The position numbers were made by a program, and so were the translations under genes. Below, piece after piece: positions 48,845 to 60,838 of a stretch of 64,000 nt of DNA. The stretch's first letter is position 1. Every line of letters begins with the position of its first letter. Below the pieces are notes generated by a model. That model did no database searches, was not told the DNA's origin, and worked only from the letters and a program-made list of their open reading frames with translations. Origin of the DNA: Bugula neritina (taxonomy: Eukaryota > Animalia > Bryozoa); assembly GCA_964035545.1 (NCBI GenBank), contig OZ037773.1:6787751-6851750 (forward strand), given 5' to 3'.

Positions 48845-51603
48845 ATATTCTTCTAGAGATCCGAATGGTTCCTTGATCCGACTGATAAATTTTCATCAAT
48901 TTATCAGCAAATAGTAGTAAAAGTGACCACCAGTTTTGATATTTTACCATAAAATCCTCCTAAACCAGCCACCATCTCTGCCTCATTTCCTCTCTTAAAG
49001 AAATATTTACCTTCTCCGTATCCATTTGCTCTTACCACAACCAACTCTGAACCTGTACTTCCTTTGTATCTACAATTTACATTTCCTGCTGATTTCCATG
49101 ATCTAACCAGAGCTACTTTTGCACCAAGCTGCTTCTAACATTCTCTCTCATTTCTGTGCTCTGTGCATACTATTTAGTGTTCATATTATAACATCTAATT
49201 GACTTAATTATTTTCCGATTTTCAAGTTATAGTTGAGCCAAAATAGTGCCAATGGACATTCTTTAGTTATAATGATCACCATATTCTACAAAGACGGCTA
49301 TTTTGTTGTGTCATTTTATAACCTCAGTTCTTATTACATAGTTGCTTTGAAACTTAATTTCTTTTTAGACTAAAATATTTCATGTTTCTGTGTATCACAA
49401 AGTTAGTCTGAATTATTAGCGTCATGCTAGTATAGCTAAAGATGATTTATTTATTTACTATATATTTTACTTTATGTATGTGATGATAGTTCATCCCATA
49501 CAACTTATATCCCTATCTCAATAAACTTATTTATTCATTATAATACATAATAGATGGTTATTTGAACTTTATTCACTAAATTACTAATATGATCATCTCA
49601 ATGCAGATTGATTTGATCTAGTTCAAATGCCATATAGCAACAATCGGCAATTTAATATCTCCGTCAATATAGCTTTTACTGTGTGTTTATGCTTTAAGTG
49701 AAAACTTGGGAATTTTTGATAATTCAATTAAAGTTATATAAAGCAACTAAATTGTTTTTGTTTTGAAAGTTGTGTCCACTTTGATATCCAGCCTCCAACA
49801 ACCGCAGCTCTCTCTATTGTGGTCCAGTTTCTGGTGTTGTTATAACTGCAGGGGCGTTGCTTTATCTTGATTACATTTGCATGTCTTAAATATAAATATT
49901 AATGATGCTCTAACATATGAGTGAAATAAAATAATGAACCTTGACCAGTTTTGGAGTTGTATTGTCTTCCTAAAGCTAATGATTAACAGCTATTTATTCA
50001 ATTTCACCATGAGTTATTGTTCTAAAATCTAAATTTACTAAAATGTTGTTGTAACTGCAGCGGCTTAGCTTGTTTTGAATTTGATTACTAGGATAAAATT
50101 AACATGAGGATGAAATACAATGGAAAACTTGATCGATTTTGGAGTTGTGTTTACTTGCAAAAGCTAATGATTATACACAGTTATTTAATTTTACCATGCT
50201 GCATTGTTAGAAATGTGCTAAAATGCTTTTTTATTTTTTATCATATGCAAAATAATGACAAAATTAAAAAAATTCTTTAGCTCCACTTCTCTGTGTATAT
50301 ATAGGCTTCAATGCTTCAATTTAGATAAAAGACTACCTAAGTCCTAAAGGCTTGTATAAACTGTCATACGGCACATCATAGCCAACATTTTCATATCAAC
50401 AAAATACCGAATAGCACACCTAGAAAACATATGTGACAGCAGTAGCCTTATTGGGTTGTTGCAGGTCATGAAAAATTCATGCTTTTACTCTTCGTAAAAG
50501 CTATCAAAAGTTGGTCATCGAAGTGGAAAAGCAATTAGTTTCCTTATTCCCAGATGCAAACAGTAGAAAGAAAACCCTATAAAAATGTATGTTTATTAAT
50601 TTTTAAAAGTCATCTCTACTTATCAAAACTCCTTTAATTCTATATAATGTGTTATCTTCAGTGTCATTAGTATACTTTTACAACACTTTGTTTGTCATGA
50701 TCATAATATTTCTTTTAATCTGAAATATTCATCAATAGTGATTTGTAGTTGATTGTCTTTACATCATATAGAACTGCTTGGATGCAGCAAAATATTTAGT
50801 AGCAAAATTTGCAGCCCTATGTGAAGTTGTCATCCCTCTTGGAATACAGCTCTAAGGGACAAAATTTTAAAAACGCTGCTCCAACATACTGAGAGCTCTA
50901 TTGGTTTTTCTTAGTTGGCATTCACAAGCCAAACATTGCAATTACCATTATCTTTTGAGACACGAGAATGTTCAAATACTTGAGTTTTTACCAGCGCTAT
51001 ACTGGTGATTTTGTAGTTGCTATTCCTGTGAGAAACCCTGGAGAGAAGATTTTTTTTCTAGCAGGTTAAGTATTTTTTAAATCGGGCTAAGGATTTATTT
51101 AGATGTGGCGTAGGAGAAATTATGACTGGGTGCTCTTGCTAACATCACCGCCGATGTTTGGATTTGTGTTTACTAAAACACTTCACCACGGCTACTCACC
51201 AGTTTCTTGCAATAATTATAATATTGGAATAGCTGTTTGAGTTTATGTCAATCCAAGTTGAGGAGCATTCAATTTTATTTTTTTTGTATAATTACACTTC
51301 CTCACTTTGCTATAATTATTGCAATATATTTTTGATTAAAGCAGCTACTACAGAAAATTGATATTGTCAAACTATTTCACTAGAAGGGAGAATAAAAAAG
51401 TTGATATGTTTTAGCATAATTAATATAGCATTAATATTGTGCAATATCAATCAGCAAAACTTCACACGTTCCTTGTCACTTTTGAGTTTAGGAAGTAAAC
51501 AGCTATTCATCATTTTCCTACTAGAAAAAACTACTGAATCGGAACTTCAAGAAAAAAATTCCCTCATAAAATTTACATACATAACATTAGATAGATAGAG
51601 CAG

Positions 51604-51610
51604 TATATAA
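51604..51610 (+). promoter_or_regulatory. TATA box of copy A2
   Basis: TATATAA 80 nt upstream of the ATG. Confidence 0.55.
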
Positions 51611-51683
51611 TTCAGAGTAAGCAGGTCTTGTAAGTGAGACTGATAGGTGAAGGAGAGAAAGAAGGTGATCATCATACACCACC

Positions 51684-53021
51684 ATGCGTCAGCTAGTTGT
51701 ATTTTCGATACTAGTTTTACTCACTATTTTCATCCGTGAGAGTAAATCTTCTAGCGCCAACTTGAACCTGCAGGTAAGTTTTTTAGATTGATTGTATGTT
51801 TTAAAAATTAGCTTCATTTCACACGGATAAATTCACTAAATTAGTACAATCTAGCCATTAAAATTGTGTAAATCTTTAGTATTTAATACAGACTTGAATA
51901 AAATATAAGCATTTGCCTACTACAACCTTTGAAACCTTCTTGATTGCATTTTTTACTGATTGAGTTGTGACTACAGATTAAAGTAAGTGGTCATAGCAAT
52001 TGGTATCTTTAGAATCGACAACCTTTGAGGTCTGCAAGATCTTGGAGGAGACCTACCAGATGTAGATACACCAGGTATGGACCAAGCAGCTGTAGACCAG
52101 CACAACCTTGGGGACCAAGGCCACACCAGCCAGCACCAACTACTGGCCCTGTTGTTGGACCACCTTTAGGACCAGGTTCAAGTCCGACAGCAGCTCCTGC
52201 TTTGGAAAATGGGATCATTAGAGAGGTACCCTATTTCTTTCCATGTTAAAGGAGGCTATCAAAATTGATTTATTGAACTAAATCAAAGTTGATATCTATA
52301 AAAGCTATAATAATGGTATTGTTGGCAAGTTTTCATCTTTTGAATAGTTTTATTTATTGTCATTTAACTTTTATGGCTTTTCTATTTTCAGGTTTCCACA
52401 GTGCAATGCCGTGATACAACTCCAAGGGGTCCAACTGAGGGCAGACCTGGAGGGTTTTCGTGCAGATATGTCTTTCGAGTAGACTGCAGCGGCAGGAGGA
52501 AAAAAAGATCTGCAGTACACCACCGCAGTTCTCATAATACTTACAGGGGAGTAACTGGTCCAGGTGGGCTATCTTTTAGTCCAGGAGCACCAAGGCATCC
52601 AGGTACTCCGCTAGCACCAGGAACACCAAGACAGCCTGGTACTCCACTAGCACCAGGAACACCAAGACAACCTGGTACTCCACTAACACCAGGAACACCA
52701 AGACAGCCAGGTTCTCCGCTAGCACCAGGAACACCAAGACAGCCAGGTTCTCCGCTAGCACCAGGAACACCAAGACAGCCAGGTTCTCTGATAGCGCCAG
52801 GAACCCCAAGACCACCAACAGCACCAAGATCTCCACCTGGATCTCCTGGTAACAGATTTCCAAGTTTGCCAGATAACTTTGCGTGTGATACAGCTGGTCT
52901 ACCTTTGCCTGATCAAACAGAGATTCCTGCTCCACCTCCACCTCCGGTTCAAACACCTGGAGGTGGACAACCTGGAATACCAGGGGGTGGTTGTCCAGTT
53001 GTACCAGATATAATCTGTTAA
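51684..53021 (+). CDS. Secreted Pro/Gly-rich protein, copy A2 (~310 aa). Exons 51684-51773, 52013-52225, 52392-53021
   Basis: Close paralog of A1 with the same exon structure, intact frame and more repeat units; ends CPVVPDIIC*. Confidence 0.85.
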
Positions 53022-54837
53022 GATGTTTTCTCTATTGTTTTTCTCACAGGACTGAAATTATTACTGTAAAGGTATATTATTGAATCAAATACTATTACAC
53101 TGTTTCTACTAGTCAAGACTATAACATACAAGGATAAAACCACCAAAATTTGAATTAGTTTTGTGTATTTTTAAAACATTTTATTGAAACACAATCAATT
53201 ATAATGTACAAAAAATTCAATATGGCACATGTATATATAACTATCTAATAAACCAACCTCATAAAAATTGGACAGTGGTAAAACATGTTATTTGGACAGA
53301 TAATAGATAAACTATAGTTATATAGTAATAATTTCTATACAGCCAGATATAATGCTTTGTGACTGTTTATTTAAATAATTAAAAAGAATACAAGCCTACA
53401 TGTGTCTACTATTGAATAATTTAACTATAATATAACTTAAATTCATTGTTTCTTGCAATGCAAATCTCTTGCTTTTAGTTTCAGCTTAATTTTTACCAAC
53501 TCACTTGCAACCTAAAACAGTAAATAAAGGAAGGCGAGTAGCTGTGAGTCATCCTGCTCAATAACAGAAAGCTTTGGTGGAAACAGCCATTGGTTTGGTA
53601 TAAATAGCCATTGGTTTGTACATCTAAGTAAAGCACATTAATCATAATATTAGCAAGTCTATTTCCAGTTGACACCATTTACATTTTGTGGTTTCTCGTA
53701 TAGTAACACCCACATTTATTTTTACATCAAACATGACTCACTTCCACAAGTATGGTAAGGTTTTGCTTTAAAAATGAAAATATACCATAGTAAATATTAT
53801 TTCAAGCAGTGTGTATATTTTTTTATAAATCTTTTTATATACATCTAAATTGATTAGACAAAGCTGTGCAATATGTATCCAAAAACATGTGTCGTTTATA
53901 TCATATTTCAATGTAAAAAAATATGTCTGCTTTCATTCTTTGTGGCTGTCTTTTGAAGTAGTTCTACACAGCAAATAGAGTAGCCCAGTAAACCAGAATT
54001 TTGTTTAAAAAAGTTTGACTGTAGCATATCATAATTTAGTTGCTGAGAATTATAATTTAGCATATTTGATGGCTCACTTGGCATTATACTTGACAGCTAC
54101 AAGCAAAATGTGGTCAAGAGTTCACATCTGGAGAGAAAATTTCTCAGAATTTATTGTTGTTTATGCAGCTATTTTAGCTTCCATGTTTTAAAACAATTCA
54201 GGAGAATTTGATAAAATCTCTAATAACTGACTAAGCAAGACAATTGGCAACAAGCCAAACATTGCCTACCAGATCTATAATAGATGCTGTAAATAATTAA
54301 CTTCTCTATCTTAATCCTTTCAAACATTAAAACATACTGACCCAATCACAGTGCCTGAGCATAATCCGTGGCCATAAGCCACCAGTCAAAAGTTCAAATA
54401 TTTAATCTCTTAATATAAGAGCTTTAGAAATAAATACAATATTTTCACATGGCTCAAGTTTTAAATGCAAATATTTGTCACTAAAAATTAGAATATTCTC
54501 AGCTAATAGAAAAAAATTTAAAGTATTTTATAATGTAATAGCTCTATATTGATTCTGAATCATTTTATTGCACCTACGCAAATATAACATTCACTAGTCC
54601 AAAGCTATTAAACGAATCATGCATTACATACCAGTTTTACGACACACCATGGGCAAAACAAATTAAATTAGGATGAAATAAACTTGATGTAACTTAAAGA
54701 AGCGTTACGAACTAGTCATTAGGTCACCGTAGCTCAATACTAAAACACGTCTGCTAGTGCCAGTGGCACTAAAGAATAGACGACACAGCTAGAACACCTG
54801 TATCATTACTCAGAAAGAAGAGCATCATCTAAAGGAA

Positions 54838-56469
54838 ATGAGAGCTAGCCTTGTTTTTCTCACATCTGTACTTTTATCCACCTTTCTAAGTGAAGTCACC
54901 TCAAGTGATAATGACCAGGTAAGCTATAAAATCATATGTAGGTGCAAAGACCTGTAATTTGTTTTATGTCTTTTTCATGGTCAACATAGTTGACTACTTT
55001 TGCTAACATTATTTATAATTCATTTGTCTGTAATTCTTAACATCTCTATAATTTGAATAATTTTAAATACTACAGATTTTAGACTTCAACTCAGTGAAAA
55101 CATTCCATCATCCTAAAGGACCTCCGAGAGCTAGGAGAAAAAGATCTGCCTCAGTGCAGTCCTGCTCAACTTTGCCCAACAGCGCTCCTGGGTGTAGATA
55201 CAACGTAAGAGTAAACATTGAAGAGGTAAATATTGTATTTCCGAGCATAAACATTTGCTGTGTTAGGAGCAGCTGTGGTTTGGGGTTAAATCCTGGCTTA
55301 GTAAGCCTAAAGTCAGGGTTCTATACCTAGTAAAGCTTATAGGTGCATGATGTTAGGGAGGGCGTTCAGTCATATATTAAATGTAATGTTACTAGCCCAT
55401 TTAAAAAATCTGTTTTATCAAGGGTTCTCACAGGGATAGCGACTATAAACCCACATCATTGTTATAGCTTAAAATTGCTGAGTTAGACAAATTTACAAAT
55501 ATCGCAATATTGGAAAAATTCTCTCCAAGCTAATTGCGGCAGTTTCACAAGTTTCTTGAAGACATGTTTGTAACAAAAGTGTGACTTAGGCTATTATATA
55601 CATTAAACAAAATTTGTTTTAATATAATTGTAATAAAACTTGTTCCAATCATAAAAGGTCCTTTTTTGACATCCTTTACAACTTTAATTCATCAGTCTAT
55701 CACATTTGTAATGTACACACCAAAAATAGTTTTTCAGTTATATTGGATAAAATTCGTTAATCATTAATGCACATATTGTGTTTTTAATTTACGAATAAGA
55801 ATGTAAAATATATTGGTTATAGTTAATAGAATTTCTATTGCCTAGTATTAATTATTTTAGAATGGATCGCTAACCTGTGAAGACACAAGGTCATCAACTA
55901 GAGGGTCTCATACCACTGGGCAAAACCAACATAACCCTTCTTCACCTCTTAATCAACCAGGTAGAGTACCAGGCAGGCGGGCTAAAAGGACATTGCGCAA
56001 TGTTCCAGAAAGTTTTATTCAAAAAGAACGAAGCGTCTCAACACCATTAAAGAGAGTCAGCAAATCACTGCGTTCCGTACATTGCAGAAAAGTGACATAT
56101 GTAGTCTGTCTGGAGGGAAGGCCACCATCTTCTAGAGCAAAACGCAGTGAATCAAGACCAAGCTCATCAACAGGTGTGCCTTGTCAGGCAGGTGTGCCCG
56201 GTCAGGCAGGTGTACCTGGTCAAGCAGGTGTACCTGGTCAGGTAGGTGTACCTGGTCAAGCAGGTGTACCTGGTCAGGTAGGTGTACCTGGTCAAGCAGG
56301 TGTACCTTGTCAAGCAGGTCAGCAAACAGGATCACAGTCAATTATAGCAGTTCCAGCAAGTCCGTTTTCTAGCATACCTGATGGTGTAAATTGTGAGACG
56401 CCCCCAGTTAGTGCTCCAGGTCCTGGCGGTGTGGATAATTGTAAAAGAGTGCCGGATATTATTTGCTGA
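54838..56469 (+). CDS. Secreted Cys-framed protein with short Gly-X-Y tract, copy B1 (~279 aa). Exons 54838-54918, 55076-55225, 55861-56469
   Basis: Signal-peptide-like MRASLVFLTSVLLSTFLSEVTS; furin sites RRKR, RRAKR, RAKR; (GVPGQA/V)n; ends CKRVPDIIC*; phase-0 introns as in A1/A2. Confidence 0.85.
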
Positions 56470-59305
56470 GGGCTTCTATTGATATAATAAAACATAGCTG
56501 TGATCACTGCTTACAATATCAGGACTTGGGAATAAGCTTTTTCTATTATCATTAGTTTTAAGGCTTAGAAAATAACTGCTATTTGATTGAGTGAAATCTT
56601 AAAGTTGATTATATAACCATTATTATACTTTTTTATAAAATAATGATGTGTATTATTCTATATTAGCATAACAATTTTTATTTACATTAAAAATGATTTG
56701 CAACTTTGATATTTGCTTCTTAGTTAGTAAACGTTTATTAAATTAAATTATACATAAGAATGATGACTTGTTAGCTATATTTTATGGCTATTGTTATGTA
56801 AGATCACTAACTGGTTACATAATCATATAAAAAACATAACATTACAAATATAAACTTTCCATTGTTATTCAAATAAATCTCTGATAAAATAATAAAACAT
56901 TTAACATCAGTATAGTTGATACAATAGTGAATGCAATCATATTTTCTATAATGTTCTATAATGTCACCGGTCAGTTAAAAATAGTTTTACATTTCCATAC
57001 AGAGAGTACTATTCTATATTGAAGCAATAGCAAGATTTCAAATAATTATTTAGATTGATTACTGCTTACTTAATGATGGCAGGTAACACAGAAATGTAAT
57101 TACTAAAAAATTAAAAATAATGTTTCAAGTTTTGATAAATTTTTAACAGATGAATTTGACTGGCTAGTTAATGGCATATAAACAGTGTGACAACATGCAG
57201 CTGTGTACAGGTTTTGGTAATAAAAATAGAATCATAAATTATAATAAATGTTGTTCACTTGTAGAAAAACAGGATATAAACTAAAATAAAATCTTGGGGT
57301 TCTAAAATCTAGTAATAGCGGTAATGAGAAAAAATTTAGTAAACAAAGGTAAAAAAAGGAAAAATGCAAACATACTAGCTTACGCAAGACGTAGACTAAA
57401 ATGTAAAAGCTTTAAAATAAATAAATTAGTAATATTATAAGATATCATATAAAAAATAATATGAATGAAACCTTTCACTATTCTTTGCATATTATATGGT
57501 TACACACCATGCATGTAGGAAGTTTATACATATATAAGAAGATAAGTTCAATACAAACATTATATGTATTATAAGATTATGAATGTAGTACAAATATTTA
57601 GACATTTCATATTTTTTCATATTGTAAATTATCAAAAGCAGATTTTTGCTTCTAAAACTATAACAAGTTCCCATACAAGGATGTTCACATAAATATTGGG
57701 TTCTTATAAATACCCCCTCACCCAACGTTGATCTAATCAGTGCACCAGAACTATTATGAGGCTGCATGTTCCAGTTTATAGCTGTTACTAAAATTATCTC
57801 AAGTAATTACATCTTACAAGATTAGTTTTATAGGCGTAACTTATTTTTGTTGTTTAAAATCTAGCAGAAACTGGTTATGCATGAAAAAATAACAGAATAA
57901 TGATTAATTCAATTTGGTCAAGATAATATAGAGTCAGGTTGAGTCAGTTACTATAGTACGGGAATTCTAAGGCTTTATTGAAGAAAATTCTTATCCCATA
58001 TGGGTATGCATGGATAAAATATTTTTATAATAATATGTGCAATTACCCTAAGAACATTTTCGGTTAACAGCAAGCTTTAAAATTGATACTAATTACATAG
58101 ACCACTGATAATTTATATTTACATTTTACAGGAATGACTGAAATTGGGCGAAACTTGCAGATCTAAACTAATTTAGTTAACTTGAAACTTGAAATTCTCA
58201 AAAAAATTTCCTGATAGACTTTTAAACCAAAAGGGAGTGAGTAGTTGAACTGTCACTTATCCAGTCACCTGTCACCAGCTCAGATGGGGGAGGGGGGGGG
58301 AATTTGTCTTTGCTGTTGATTAATTTAATTCTAAATCAACAAATCACAGTGAGTGATGGGTGATTTATACCCAGTCATATGTCCACCCAATTTATTAGTA
58401 GAAAGGTCTACTGTTTTGCGTTAGAAACCAGGAAATTGAGTAATTCAATTAACTATTATTGTTGGCAGACATTTTAGTTGAGCCAGTGGCATTTGTGTGC
58501 ATATATCAAAACCTATAGATGTATGGGTACATATATAAATTGGTCAAGAGTTTGCATCTATAATAGAAAAAATTTCTCAGAATTTCATTGTTGTTTATGC
58601 AGAACTTTATTTTATTTTCCATGTTTTAAAAAATATTCAGGAGAACTTCATAAAATCTCAAATAATTTGCTAAGCAAGACATTTAGATGCTGTAAATATT
58701 TACCTGTTCTGCTTTAATCCTTTCAAACATTAAAACATACTAACCTAATCACAGCTGCAAATATTCCAATACCAGAAAACGGTTGGTGAGCATAATCCGT
58801 GGTTATCAGCCATCAGTCAAAAGTTGAAATATTTAGCCTTCCAATAACTGTGATTTGGATATAAATATAATATTTTTACATGGCTCAACTTTTATGCAAT
58901 CCTTTTTATTTACTAAAAATTAAAATAATAAATTTCTAGCTAATAGATAAAAATTTAAAATATTTTATAATGCAATAGCTCTTAGCCTTGGATCATTCTA
59001 TTGCGCCTACACAAATATAAGATTAGCCAGTCCAAGGCTATAAAACAAATCATGCATTACATACCACTCTTACGACACACTCCGCAAAACAAATTGAATT
59101 AGGATGAAATAAATTTGATGATAAATTATACATGTATGTGTTTAAAGGAGAAACTTTTTTAAGTGAAGAGTTACAGACTAGAGTCAATAGGTTGCCGTAG
59201 CTCAATACTAAAACTTGTCTGCTAGTACCAGTGGCACTAAAGAATAGACGACACAGCTAGAACACCTGTATCATTGCCCAGAAAGAAGAACATCATCTGA
59301 AGGAA

Positions 59306-60838
59306 ATGAGAGCTAGCCTTGCTTTTCTCACATCTGTACTTTTATCCACCTTTCTAAGTGAAGTCACCTCAAGTGGTAATGACCAGGTAAGCTATAAAAT
59401 CATATGTAGATGCAAAGACCTGAATCTGTTTTATGTCTTTTTCATGGTCAACATAGTTGACTATTTTTGCTAACATTATTTATTAATTTGTCTCTAACCC
59501 TTAATATCTTTATAGTTTTCAATATTGCACTACAGATTTTAGACTTCAACTCCATGAAGACATTCCATCATCCTAAAGAACCTCCAAGAGGTAGAAGGAA
59601 GAGATCTGTGTCATTGCCCTCTTTTGCCCGTGTGCCTGACAGTGTTCTTCGGTGAAGATACAACCGAGTAGTAACAATTGAAGAGGTAGATGTCATATTA
59701 TATACAAACATAAAATTTTTTCATGTAAGACATGCAGCCGATTTTAGGATTAAATTGCTGGCTTAGTAAACATGCTGTCAGTGGGCAATACTTAGTAAAG
59801 GTAGTTTTAGGAAGAGTATTTAGTCATAATTGCTTCTGTGCCACAATACAAATCAAGTCATTAGCTCAATTGAAAATCCGTACATAGGTTCTCACAGGGA
59901 TGGTAACTATATAAACTCATGTCACTGTTAGGTACAGCCTAAAATTGCTGAGTTAAGGTAAATTTACAAAATATCTAAATATTGAAAAATTTCTTTACAA
60001 GTGATTTGTGGCAGCTTCAAAAATTTCCGTAAGATACACTTGTAGTAACACAAGTCCAACACCAGCGTGACCTATGTACATTAATCAAAATTGTTTTTTA
60101 ATATACTAACTATAAGGAAGTTTGTTAGAATTAAAGTAGGCCCTTTCTGACACTCATTGTAACTTCAACTCACCAGCCTACCAAATTTGTGATTTGCGAA
60201 TCAAGAATAATTCTTTCAACTAAAACAAATAAAATTGGTTTATAATTGTGCATAGCCTACTATATTTATAAACAGAAAGGAATGTAAAAGAAGTAGCCTA
60301 TATTTATAGCCAATATTGCAGCATTTCTAGTTTTTATTTTTATTTTTTACTTTAGTATGGATCTGTAACCTGTGAAGACACAAGGTCATCAACTAGAGGG
60401 TCCAATGCTGCTGGGCAAAACCAACATAACCCTTCTTCACCTTTTACTCAACCGGGGAGAGCACCAGGCAGACGGGCTAAAAGAACATTGCGCAATGTTG
60501 CAGAAAGTTTTATTCAAAAAGAACGAAGCATCTCAACATCTTTAAGGAGGGCCAGGAAATCACTGCGTTCTATAACATGCAGAGAAGTAGCTTATTTAGT
60601 CTGTATTAGGCTAATATTTTCCAGAACAAGATCACGACAACCAACAGGTATGCCTCATCAGGCAGGTGTGCCTACCAGCTCACAGTCAATTATAGCAGTT
60701 CCAGATAGTCCTTATTCTAGCATACCAGATGGCGTGAACTGTGAAAAGCATGCAGGGAGAAGATCAGGTCCTCATGAGAGTAGACCAGTCCCTGGTGGTT
60801 TGAATAATTGTCATAGCGTGCCGGATATTATTTGTTGA
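59306..60838 (+). pseudogene. Copy B2, with an in-frame TGA at 59653-59655 (probable pseudogene/null allele; recoding not excluded). Exons 59306-59386, 59536-59685, 60356-60838
   Basis: Collinear with B1 (exons 1 and 2 same length). TGA replaces B1 TGT(Cys). Splice sites and exon-3 frame intact to CHSVPDIIC*. Confidence 0.7.

Larger units (their letters stand above)
47166..49138 (+). pseudogene. Orphan duplicated 3' exons (7-9) of the RhoGAP gene: 47166-47197, 47991-48079, 48857-49138
   Basis: Align to 41132-41163, 41608-41694 and 41979-42260. The exon 8 copy is 89 vs 87 nt (frameshift), the exon 9 copy has CCATAA where the original has CCATGC, and an LTR sits in its acceptor tract. Confidence 0.85.
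40859..54086 (+). repeat. Tandem segmental duplication 1: unit ~40859-46939 and unit ~46940-54086
   Basis: Both units begin ATTTACATTTT.AATTTTGCA.AACCTTTTTGG and end ..ACTTGGCATTA. Collinear RhoGAP tail plus family-A gene. Confidence 0.9.

Noticed and set aside
44633-60838. Assignment of the secreted family to insulin/relaxin, TGF-beta or true minicollagens
   Set aside because: No CC-x3-C-x8-C, no CxGxC/CxC knot motif, and no CxxxCxxxCxxxCxxxCC domain.
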